NCBI GenBank assembly: GCA_047495785.1
Contig: JBLDXI010000064.1
Location: 1-64,000 of the forward strand
Direction: 5' to 3'
From: Lepidodermella squamata
Taxonomy: Eukaryota; Animalia; Gastrotricha
Length of the DNA stretch: 64,000 bases
This document shows, piece by piece, positions 12,678-24,097 of this stretch. The position numbers were made by a program, and so were the translations under genes. Positions within the stretch are counted from its first letter, which is position 1; every line of letters starts with the position of its first letter. The notes beneath the pieces were generated by a model. It was not told the origin of the DNA, searched no databases, and saw nothing but the letters and a program-made list of their open reading frames with translations.

Positions 12678-15570
12678 ATGTATCGAATAATTGTTATTCA
12701 AGAAGCATTGCTGCTACTGCTGCTGACGACAAATGACGTAGCTTCGGGCAAGAAGCCGGTGAACTGGGTACGTTGCTTCTCTCAGTTCAGCAATCGATTC
12801 ACCAACTGTGTTGAAGCTGCCACCGGCTGTGATCCACTAAGCGAATTTCAGGTATGACTGAATATTATTCAAATGCTTCAACATTTTTCATAATACCGAA
12901 AGTGGGGCGGAATTTTCCGAACAACCGGTGTCTGTAACACTGGGGTATGTTAACTCTTTACAAAATTACTTTGCAATTTTCCTGTGATCTGCCAATAGAA
13001 TGCCCGAATGTGCTACAAATACAAGGCCCTGACTTCGTCCTGCGTTCCTGGAAACATTGGTTGCAACAGCCCTGGCCTACTGAATGTAAGCCGTTGGGTC
13101 TTAGCGGAGAATCTGAAATTTCAAACAAAATGAGTTACGGTCTTAATCCCAGAACCCTTCAATTATCATTCCAGTTTTTTCTGAATCAAAATTTCTCAAG
13201 TCAAATCTTACCATTTGCTACTGTAGTTGCTTTTCACCAAGCAATATTTATAGGAAAATTGAAAAAGCTTAGTCGTGCGAGTAAATTTTCGAACCTAAAT
13301 AAAATCCTTAGACCAAGAAACGAATATATTGCATTCTATATTTTATATTTTGCAATTTATTCATTTTCAGACTTTTTGGTTCGACGATCAAACGCCGATG
13401 CTGAGTTTGAAATACAACCTCAACGAATGTGAAAAGAAGAGAGCTGGTTTCGATGTGAGATAGTCGAAATTCAAATGCTAGCATGAGCATGCCCTTTATT
13501 TTAATTGCAGAAATTGCAGTTCAGACGGTGCACTTCCAGCGATGTCATTCAAACCTGCGTTCCAGATCCTTACTCTTGCCCGGAAAATTGGGTTCGATTT
13601 TGGATTTTCATAAAAAAAATTACTTCAAATTTCAATACGAGTTGTTTTCATTATTTGTGGGTCTATTTTTCATAAATTGCTATTCTTTAATCATTCAAAA
13701 AATAGATTTTTGCAATACCTATGTCAATAAAATTCATAGAAATCAGTTTGCGAAGTATCGGGAGTACGTAACGTAGAAAACCCAAAAAACCACAAGGGGG
13801 GCCTTTGGTTAGATATATTCGGGGCTGAAAATACTCCAGCTCGAGGATCCTACTTCGTACACTGATAGGAGTTCCAAAAAATAGGTACACTACAATAACG
13901 CGAAAGCTTTTCTGAGACTTGGTTTTTCTATGCTTTTCTTCCTAGATCACCGAATCAGCATTGTACCCGAATTTAACGGCGTGCATCAACGTCACAGGTT
14001 AGTCGAACTTCCCATGGGAAGTTTTAAAGACACTCAGTCGTCAATTAATGCGGAATTATTAAATGGTCACGATTTCTGTGTATATATCCATCTAAATTTT
14101 AATTCTAAGTTGAATTTCTCAAAACGGATATCTCCGTTTTCTACCAAATTTTGCATGCTTATAGAACGCGAGCTGCTCTTTCACGTGGTATAAGATTTGA
14201 GGTGGGCAACCCAACCGTTGTTACGATACAAAACCTCGTTTTACTTATTTTGATGAGATCAAGACTGAGCAGCAATTGCCCACCTCACATCTTATACGTG
14301 AAAGAGGAGCTCGCGTTCTATAGGCATGCAAAATTTGGTAGAAAACGGATATATCCGTTTTGAGAACGCACTTCTATAATATTGGAGATCAATTTTTTAG
14401 CTTGAGTGCTTACTCTGGTCATTTTTTTCTCTATGAATTACATATATAGCCCTAAAATATACTTAGCCTATGGGTATATGACAATTGTTTTCAAATTCAG
14501 TCACTGTTCCGGACAGCGAGAAGCCTCACATCCGCTGTTTCGATTCCACTACTGGCAAGTTCAGCGACTGTCGACCGCAAAGCCCCGGCTGTTTCGCCAG
14601 TAATGAAACTCAGCAATACGCAGCTAAAGTCTACATAAACTTGGGTACATGCCTGCTAGGAGTAAGTTGTGGAATTAATAGTCGCAGCTTGTGCAGTTAC
14701 AATTTCTCAACAGAATGCGGTCTCGTGCAAGGATTCTTTCAACCGAACGTCTTGCTACGCCGCGTGTCCCAAAGATCAAGCTCAGGTAATGCTCGACTCG
14801 AGTCGACTTATCTGTTATTGAGCGCATGTTTCTCAACAGGATACGCTGTTCTCTGGCTTGCAGTCCTTTCAACTCAATCACGACAAATGCATCCAGGATA
14901 TTTCGCCCCCTGTAAGTTATTTTCGATTTTCGCTCTGAAAATTCCACGCAGTTATTTTACACAAAAATAAATGTTGTGAAATTCAGCTTGTTCAAAATTA
15001 AAAAAATAGAAATTCCAGTTTTTTAAATTAACCCGAATTTTTTAATTCACTTTATAGTCTGCCTATTTCCGTTGCGTCGGCAAAAATGACGCGGTGGTGA
15101 GATGCGTGGCGAAAGCAACAGGTTGCAATTCGGCTACTGAAGGTCGCATTCCGGCTAAAGTCGAATACGTCGACCAGGCGAGCTGCCAGAATGCGACCAA
15201 GGGGTACTTTCTGGCCGTTGTTAACAACAATCGAAACTTCGCCCCAGCGAAATGCGTCGCTGCCAACGGTACACTGGCCACAATGAGGTCGGATGCTGAG
15301 CTGGATGCTGATTGGCAAGTGCTCAAGGCGGCTACTAATGTTTCCGCTGCGTGGATCGGCCTCTATCGCCAATACGAAGTGTTCATATCGGATGATGGTT
15401 CTAATTTCACTTACGTTCCAGCTCAGTGGGTCACGCCAGGTAGCAACGGCTGCGCTATTCTAACAAAACGCGATGAAACAAACGGATTCTCAGTTGCTGA
15501 TTTTTACTACGCACTCGCTTCGTGTTCCGGTTTCCAAAAATACGCCTTGTGCGAGGCATTTTCTAGATGA
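12678..15570 (+). CDS. Gene A3: secreted protein, six 4-Cys modules plus C-type lectin domain, ~445 aa (12678-12851, 12903-12944, 12999-13085, 13371-13454, 13511-13591, 13946-13997, 14501-14661, 14714-14785, 14840-14911, 15058-15570)
   Basis: Exon-by-exon homology to A1 with frames intact. The last exon adds a module (RCVGK..C..GC..YVDQASC) before the lectin domain (AWIGL, DDGS, CAIL, C..LC). Confidence 0.88.
14116..14366. mobile_element. Palindromic MITE in intron 6 of A3, arms ~95 bp
   Basis: TTCTCAAAACGGATAT..GAGGTGGGCAA pairs with TTGCCCACCTC..ATATCCGTTTTGAGAA. Confidence 0.85.
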
Positions 15571-15795
15571 GACTAACGGGTTTGATCTTGGTGAGAATGA
15601 GAAGTTGATGATAAATAATTATGGCAGTAAAATATTGAATGGTTTTTCGAACACCTAATGCCTTTTCACTTTTCACACCAGCAGGACTGGAGAATTATTT
15701 AAACGGAATTATTTTCCAACATCGTATTTCACCTTCACCGAACAGCGGATTTATTTTATAATTCCACAAAGCTACACGATTTTTACATTGCTAGC

Positions 15796-16539
15796 TAAAG
15801 TGTGAACAAACATTTTTTGCTTCGCTTTTTTTGAATAACTTTTCAACCATAAGTGATGCGAAGAAGCCGTTTTCAGCTAATTAAAGAGTAGATGTGGTCT
15901 GATTATTCCCTAAAAGCTTGTTTCAAACAGATGTACTTTCAAGTTAAGAGAAAAATGCGTTTTGGCATTTCTCATAATTTTTTCATGTTTGAAAAATAAA
16001 TTATTTTCATTCGATATGGCCTGAGTTGATTTCCTCTCTTGCCAGAGGCTTCAAGAGTTTTTAGGAGATGGTCCGTGATGGATCCAAGTCACCCATGCTT
16101 GAAAAAAAATTGCTTTAGTATCCGAAACTCAAGGTTTTTGAAAATTGGTACAGATCAATAAAAAATTCTGCAAAATCATTTTCCGATCGCGGTTTGTGGA
16201 TAAGCCCTTTGCTGTGGCCGCTAAGGCGAATTTCCCTGTTGACAACGCTTTATTTACCCAATTCTTGGTAAGAAAACTTTCCAATGAAGCCTTTTCTTAG
16301 GATTATGCCAATCGGCCACAAATCCTGTAAAATGCCATTTTTCAAAAATGCGAATTTATCAAAAAGTCGCGGACAGCATTTTCCTCGTCAGATTTCTCTC
16401 CCTAACCCCATTCTAACGGAAATTTGTGGAAAGTTCACCCTAGAATAGATCTATCGATTAGCAAAAACCGCATTGAAGAATTCCTCATGGTTACGAAGTT
16501 ACGAGGTTACGGGGCAAAACAAAATTTGCGCATACTTTA
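15796..16539. mobile_element. Non-autonomous DNA element, diverged relative of 21864-22498
   Basis: Ends TAAAGTGTG.. and ..GCATACTTTA. Shares internal blocks (TCTCTTGCCAGAGGCTTCAAG, GATCGCGGTT..GGATAAG, AAATCCTGTAAAATGCCATTTTT) with 21864-22498. Confidence 0.65.
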
Positions 16540-17161
16540 CTTCCTAGTTCGAGTGTCCAACTTCGCGAACTGATTTGATGGTCAAAAGTAGAGATGACAC
16601 GGTTAACAATTTAACCGGAGGCTCGCGGTTAACCACAGGGCCGGCCTGTCGTGGTCGAACCAGGTGGCTAATTGGAAAAATCTCGACTTATGCTATATAT
16701 TCATTTGAATTACTGAATCTTCTGGCTTGTACTCACGCTGGTTGCAATTGGTTGCAATTTCAAGTAAATTTGTACTAATTCAGTGGCAAACTTCATCATT
16801 TTGATTGCAGGCAAGATTCCGATGGATGCATCGCATGTTTATTGTTTTGCAGTTGAAACAGCTTCGAGCGGACCAGTAAGGAAGTGAATAATGCTCAAGC
16901 ACTGTTTGTCGAAGTTAGCCAGAAACTCACGACTATGAACATGACTCGGGGCATAGAGCGAAGTAGGACCGCGGAACTGCTGGGGATCCCAAAAATCGGC
17001 ATTAGGCCCCCCCTTTTGATCTTTGAATGAGCTCACCGTACGGACCGATGGAACTGGTAGCGATGATCCCTACCATCCCTAGCGGTACTTCGCTCTCTGA
17101 CTCGGGGGACGGCAAGGCAAGGCCGAGCTAAATTGAAGTCGTGACAATGAAATAAATGGTG
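16388..17161 (+). repeat. ~775-bp dispersed direct repeat; second copy at 31415-32188
   Basis: Offset 15027; near-identical spurious ORFs at 16575 and 31602. Confidence 0.92.
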
Positions 17162-18083
17162 GCAAAAATCCAGGTAAGATTGCTTACCTGAGCAGGTAGA
17201 TGCGATCGGATCGCTTCGAAAATGATACCAATCGATTCCCCGTTTATGAAAACCCTAGATTGTGACTAATCATAGCAACGTACGCAATTGAAGCCTTTGA
17301 AATGCAAGCTACAAGATACCGACTTGGCTCAACGACACGCATTTCATTACCGACTCTTGGAATATCATATGCATGTTACTACCCATGAAGGCTGTCGGTG
17401 ATAATTTGTTAGTGACTGCACTGGCTGCCATGCTTTTTGTTATGGTGAGATTTCGAATCCGATTGATACGAAATGACAACGGGCAGCCCTATTTAGGTTG
17501 AAATAAGTAAACGTTTATCTGGTATACGTATAGACAAAACAACTGAACTTCTTGTTCTTGTTCTTGTTGTCTGTCATCTGTTGTCTGGGGGCTATTCGGC
17601 TTTCGGCTAGACGATCTCATTGTGATCCATCAGTTAGGCAGTCTAGCGGAATAATTCAGTTTTTAGGAAAGAAGTGAAACACGAAAAACTAATATTCCGA
17701 AAAATGTCGCGCTGAACATGGGTTGAACCCTCAAAATTAGTGATGAAACTCTAAAATCAATAATAGCCACAATCGAACGATTGCACCTGAGGCCGTAACT
17801 TCAGGAAAGCTAGAAAGAAGTCTGTGGACAGTCCATTTTGGTGTGGACAATTACTTCACATGGGATGACATAGGCAGTCACGGCATCGAATACGGCTGCT
17901 CATAATAGGTAACAGGAGCATGGAGCAGGCTGAAGCACCTAGTCCTACCAAGTCCTAATGCCTGTGTCTAAATACTGAAATCTACGGTTTTCATAAACGG
18001 GGAATCGATTGGTATCATTTTCGAAGCGATCCGATCGCATCTACCTGCTCAGGTAAGCAATCTTACCTGGATTTTTGCCACCA
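17157..18083. mobile_element. Foldback/MITE with ~105-bp inverted arms (17157-17261, 17979-18083)
   Basis: TGGTGGCAAAAATCCAGGTAAG.. and its near-exact reverse complement; starts where the 775-bp repeat ends. Confidence 0.8.
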
Positions 18084-18696
18084 CACCTGTCCAGGTGATT
18101 CTGCTGGGAAAACGGATTGCACCACGAGAATCAGCGTGCTATGTTACGTTATATAACACCGTAACACTGCATGTTACGCAATTCTGCCCGTCATAACAGG
18201 AATGTCCCAAAATGGATGCATCCTTTCCCCATGGTAAAAGCTGAAGTTAGCAGAAATTCTGGCAGAATGCCAACGGAAGGTGTTATCGAGGTGTGGTTTT
18301 TTTCTATCGACTAGGTATGGTCCATAACACCGGATAACAAAAAATGGAGTCAGTAACATAAGTGGAAGTGCATTCTGCTGGAAAACCTCTGCTAACTTCA
18401 ATACAGTGATTAAGGAGGAATTTTAATAATATTTGCCCACTTCGAGCTTTTCAGAAAACATCAAAATTTAGTTATCAGGTTTCTCGAATTCATGATTAAA
18501 AAGCATATGATACTATTCTCCGTCCCAGAAACAGCAGACCGCAAAAAACCGCAAGCTCAAATCATCTTTTTAAGTGAGAAACAAAACCGAGATTTTTTCA
18601 TTAAATTGCAAAACTTTGTTTCACTATATCTCCAAAGTGGGTCAGGGTTTTGGCTGAGCTTTACAGAAATTAAAGTTTGGAATGTGCTCTATCAGA

Positions 18697-19153
18697 TGGC
18701 ATAAGTCTTTCGGATGGCTTTTGGGTATAACTCGAGTTATTAAGGCTCAAAGTAGGCATACTCGACCTATGAAACCATCACTTCTGGAGGTCCCATGACA
18801 ATTTGGATTGCAGCATCGTGTTCAGCATTGTCGAATTACCCAAGGTGCAAAGTTTTACATCGCTGGGTTGAGCAGTTGATGCACAGTCGTGGGGAGCGTG
18901 CAAAAGCAAATTAACGCTTAATTTGTATTGCGGTGCTAAAAACTAATTATTTTTATTTCCTAATTTCTCGCATGTTTTTACGAATATTTATTTGAAACAT
19001 GAATCTAATAGGGAATCGGCCAAGCTGAACACGATGGTGCAATCCAAATTGTCACGGGACCTCCAGAAGTGATGGTTTCATAAGTCGAGTATGCCTACTT
19101 TGAGCCTTAACAATTCGAGTTATACCCAAAAGCCATCCGAAAGACTTATGCCA
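18697..19153. mobile_element. Foldback element with ~130-bp arms; a longer right arm survives in the copy at 33134-33579
   Basis: 18697-18826 is the reverse complement of 19024-19153; 33497-33579 is the reverse complement of ~18614-18697. Confidence 0.75.
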
Positions 19154-20034
19154 ATGTCAGTTTTCACGACGAAAAACAAAAATATGCAGTTTCTAGGCCA
19201 TCGATAATGATTCGGAATTAAAAAATCCTTCTTAAAAAACTCGAAGATTTTTTCCAGAAAATTTTTGCATTGAGTTTCCTCTCTGGTTAATCTGATCTCT
19301 ATGAAATCTCCGATGTCCGATGAAATGTCCGATATCTGATCTTAATCTGATCTCTATGCAAGTTGCAAACAAGAAAAAAATCGCCGAATGAAAAGTGATT
19401 TTCTTTTTCAAACGAAGAATTGTTTTCACGAAATTTTAAGTTGGATGATTTATTTTCTCGAAATGATTATCCTGAAATCACCCCTATGAACCCATTGCAC
19501 CCTTTTTAGGGGCCCCAGAGGTGTCGTGCGCATGTAGGAATAGCATTATTCTATGGCTAGCTATAGAATAATCCTTTATAGCTTGAAAACTCGAATTTTC
19601 AAAAAATGAAAAAATTGTTAAAATTTATGTCGAAGAAATAGGCCGAAAAATTGTCAACTAAGCGAAGAATGGTCAATCTCATTAAATTTTCATCAACACG
19701 CGTTCGAATCGGGAGAAATTTTTCGATCTCGTTCTCCTTTTTTGCTAACAAGACAATAATTGATTGTCCACGCACCAATCACATTTAGTAATTGGTCAAT
19801 TTAGGTCATTTTTTGTCCTAATTGTACTATTACGTAACTCTTCTAACAAAGCGAACTAGGTCAAATTCCGAATACAAGCAAACAGTCAAATTATTGTCCT
19901 GCGACTAATTTTTCACGATTTAAGTTGCAATACTACGTCATTCTGCGATTTATCCCCTTCATTTTTAATGAATTTCCAAGGTTGTGTTAGAACGCTTCAC
20001 TATAACATTACGTACCTCAATTATGTTAAGCTTT

Positions 20035-21683
20035 ATGAATCTTTTTCTCTCAATTATTCTGTGGCAACTGATAGCCTCATCGCCATCGTTAGCAGCGAAG
20101 GCGCGTTGCTTCTCAGTTTTCAATAGCGAATTTAACGGGTGTAAAAACAATTGCTCACAACAGTTAGAGTACCAGGTGATCATCGAATATTTCGCTTTAT
20201 CTAAATAATTTCGTTAAAATATTTTCATCCTAGACTGGGACTCCGTTTTCTTCATCCGAGAACTGCAGAAACGGGGTGAGTTAACAATTATCATCATTTT
20301 CTTAAATTCGTCAAATTTCTCTCGGTTCAGGACGCTATACTTTGCTACAACTACAAGACTTACAGCGTTAGATGCATTCAAGACCGATTCAAATGCAACA
20401 GAACCAACGAGCGCCAAGTTTGTCCAACCTTTCGCTCCTAATCCGCTCAATTATCGATTCCATTCAGGCGGGAGTTTTCGAAAGACACGCATTATTCGGG
20501 GACAACTGGTCGGATTGCAGAAATGCGTCAGCGCGGTTCGCTGTTAGTTAAAATCCTACCGACTGAATGTCTATTTCATTTTTTTCGAATTCAGTCACAG
20601 CGATTCGAACGCTGCATGAGAGGCGATTCTTTCATAACCTGTTCTCCTGATTCTCTCGCCTGTCCATTCAATTTGGTAATAGGGCAATCTCTTAATTACG
20701 GAATAATTATTTCTCTTTGGTATAGGATCCAGGAGACGAAGTGACGTCGTTTCGCAATCTGGAAGCGTGCTTGAGGGGTGAAGGTAAATTTTTATAGTTT
20801 TCTTGGCTTAGCTAAGAATCTGTTGAACAGTTGACCTTGCGATTCTCGAGGACCAAAAGCCGCACATTCGCTGTGTTGACGTGAAGACTCGACATTTCTT
20901 GGGTTGCCGTCGCCGAAACACAGCCTGCTCACCAGATGCCGAACTGTACGCGCCTCGGCCTTTTGCCAACAAAGACTTGTGCCTTAAAGGGGTGAATCAT
21001 TAAGCTCTGAATTGACAAAGGTTGCCTCTAAGTTTTGTTACATTCAAGACTGCCGTGCTTTGCAACACTACGTCAGGCGAAGTTTGCAGCGCGTTCTGTG
21101 AAGAGGAATCGCAAACGGTATTGTTTGAATTTTTGTTCATGACTCAATTTCATAACGGGATCACATAGGAAACCATTTACTCAGCTTCACAAGACTTCCC
21201 CACAAACTATGCTCAATGTGAACGGGGCCGAGTCACTTCTGGGAACCATACAGTTCGTTTTGCTTATTGAATTCGTGAAATCCTATTTGGACTTGACCCA
21301 AACAGCTTGCGAAGAATTTTACGGTTGCGGTAACGGATGGTGGGACATTCACTCAAGATGACGCGAAACGAGCCTGCTCGAACTTCACAAACTCTCGCTT
21401 AGCTTTGATCAAAACCGAAGCTCAACGGCAAGCTGTCTACGCTGCGATGACGAACTCCTCGGTCACCACCGCTTACATCGGCTTGTCGAAAACCAAGGAC
21501 CAGTGGCTGTGGGATGACAGTTCAGCCTATGCGGACATGCCACCCTGGGCGCCTGGCTACCCGTCCGAGGCGAAGATGAACCGATGTGTTGGGCTGGCGA
21601 GTATACTCGATGCAGCTGTGCATTTGGCGGATGGATCTTGCGCTTCGCCTTCAGCTAACGCCTACATTTGTGAGACTCTGTGA
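20035..21683 (+). CDS. Gene B1: secreted protein, five 4-Cys modules plus C-type lectin domain, ~391 aa (20035-20175, 20234-20275, 20331-20417, 20468-20542, 20595-20675, 20726-20783, 20831-20991, 21049-21117, 21169-21252, 21306-21683)
   Basis: Same 10-exon layout and phases as A1. Lectin motifs AKRAC..LALIKT, AYIGL, WLWDD, WAPGYP, RCV, C..YICE. The exon 9 donor and the start codon (20023 vs 20035) are less certain. Confidence 0.87.
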
Positions 21684-21863
21684 TACTGCTCATTTATTCC
21701 TCTCTTGGAATTGTTAAACCCGTCATTTGCCCTCTAAATATTCGTTAGTGAACTAGTAACGTCCACTTTTTAGAAAATTAGTACATGGTTCAGTATCTCA
21801 AGTTTCGACTGTTTCGACAAGTTTGAACGAGCGCCAGAAAAGCCTGCAATTGAAATAGTAATT

Positions 21864-22498
21864 TAAAGTATGCGTAATATTTTTTTGCCTCGCATTTTTT
21901 CAATAACTTTTCAACCTTCAACTTGAGGAAATGAGGAATGTTTTAAAGTGGTTTTCATGTGTCGATAGATCTAGTCTGCGGTGAACTTTCCTAAAATTTT
22001 CATTTGAATTGGGTGTGAGAGAAAAAATTGGTGACAAAAATTCTGTCCGCGATTTTTATTGAAAATTCTCATTTTTGAAAAATGCTATTTTTGCATCTTA
22101 TTTGGTCTGAATTGATTGTCTCTCTTGCCAGAGGCTTCAAGTTTTTTGAGAGGATGGTCCGTAATGGATCTACGTCACCGATTCCTGAAAAAACATTGTA
22201 CAACTATCCAAAACTGAAGGCTTCATAAAATTGGCACAAATCATTCAAAAAATTCCGAAAATTCATTCGGATCGCGGTTGGTGGATAAGACCTTCTTTGT
22301 CACCGCTAAGTCCAATTTCCCTGTTGACGGCGCGTTATTGACCTAATTCCCTGCTAAAAAAAACCCGATAACGCCTTTTAACAGGATGATGTCTTCCAAC
22401 CACAAATCCTGTAAAATGCCATTTTTTAAAAATGAGAATTGAAAAAATTGAAAAATATTGAAAAAATGCGAGGCAAAAAAAATATTACGCATACTTTA
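21864..22498. mobile_element. MITE with ~40-bp terminal inverted repeats (TIRs); TTAA|AG..CT|TTAT ends, Kolobok-like; copy at 38455-39079
   Basis: TAAAGTATGCGTAATATTTTTTTGCCTCGCATTTTTTCAATA pairs with its reverse complement. Superfamily is inferred from the termini only. Confidence 0.8.
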
Positions 22499-22919
22499 TA
22501 TCAAGGCCTATTTTGAGAATTCTAAAAAATGATTGAAACTCTTTCATTATCCTGTCAACGCGATTAAAAAAACAATTTGATCTAGTGCTCTCTTTCGCTA
22601 ATGAGACAAAAAAGTATTGTCCAATCGCAAACATCTTCAGAATTTTTTTGAATGTTCTTCCCAGTTCAATTTTTAGCTATCAAGGACAATAGACAATATT
22701 TTTTCTCTGGTCTGGAAAAGAAAACGAGGTCAAAATCCAATCACGGAAAACGAATTTACCCTTACAAATTATCGTCCCCGGCCTAGTTTTTTAGTGATAA
22801 TTAGCTTCGTGGTAGATGTATGATTTCTCCACAACCTTTTTCACTATATCCAGGCTCTATAGCGAATATTGAAATTGTTTTTCAAAGATTTGTCTTACTC
22901 TTTAGACGCTTTTAAAAAA

Positions 22920-23322
22920 ATGTTTATTCGCATCTGCCTGTTGCTTCTTGTCTTAAACGGCCCATTGTTCACAAATGCGAAATGGTCCTGCTGCTTCTCA
23001 GTTTTTGATAACGAATTCAAGGGCTGCCAGAATAACACTTCTTGCGGGCAATTCGCGTACAAGGTTACGTTAGGAACTCATTTTGTTCAACCCAGACTGG
23101 CAACGTCTTCCGCGTTTCCAGTCAGACATGGCTTTCCCTAAATCCGACTATTGCGAAAAAGGGGTGAGCTGGAAAATATTGTTCCCGAATTTTCTCAATT
23201 TCTTCAATTTTTTCAATTTTTTCACTGTGAAGAGAGCTCGGCTTTGCTACAACTATGTGGAAGTCAGCTATAGGTGCATTCGGGGCCGATTGCAATGCAA
23301 CAGAGCCAACGAGAGTCAGTAA
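22920..23322 (+). pseudogene. Gene B2: truncated paralogue (exons 1-3)
   Basis: MFIRICLLLL..CCFSVFDNEFKGC; exon 3 ends CAG-TAA with no in-phase GT donor; no later exons found. Confidence 0.82.
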
Positions 23323-24097
23323 AAAATAGATCCTAGCTGGACCCAAACGGCTATTATTGGGTCTATCTGGATAGATCGTATGGGATGCGAAAAGTGACAC
23401 TGGATCTAGTTAGCTCAGATAATGAAAGCAAAATAATTAATAAAAATTCAAAGGAAGATTTTTGTGACATGCGAACATCCGAATTGATTTGTCAGGTCAA
23501 CCTTTAATGCTCTCGTAGAATTTTGTGAGACCTAGGATTTCGCTATTCAATTTAGATGAATTACGCATTTTCGAAGCAAAAATCGAAATTCCAATTTTAA
23601 TCAATGATTTTTTTTTTTAATTTTCGAATTTTTAATTTTCAGAAATGCTATGTGATCAGGACGAAAAATTGGAATGCAAAACAATTATTGACCGTCCGAA
23701 GCTTCAGCAATTTTCCCGAATACTCGATAAATCTTTTCGAATTCAACCCCCGTGAAATCATATTTCGATCCTAATTCGACCATTCCTCTATTTCTTGGTC
23801 TACTGATTTCCGACTGGGTCATGCCCCTAGCATCAAACATTTTTCTTGAAGCACCAATCAACAAAATCGCCATGCTTTTAGTCATGTAATATTTTTCTAC
23901 AGCTAGATATATAATGTCGATAACTGCTTTATATTTCAACAAAGCGCGATTTTGCATTATTATTTTCGAGAACAAACTCGGGCATCTCTCTTCTTTCCCA
24001 CATCTTTCTGGTGGATAATTTTGTTAATTTCGCTTTCTTGCTCGATATTCTGAAATTCCATTCCGCTCGTAATATTTCACGTTGGTTTTTCGGCTAG

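Larger units (their letters stand above)
18791..22780 (+). repeat. Segmental duplication; second copy at 33134-39362 (with a 2-kb foldback insertion)
   Basis: Collinear, near-identical sequence covering gene B1/B5, the downstream MITE and the upstream region of B2; both copies end at AAATTATCGTCCCCG. Confidence 0.93.
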
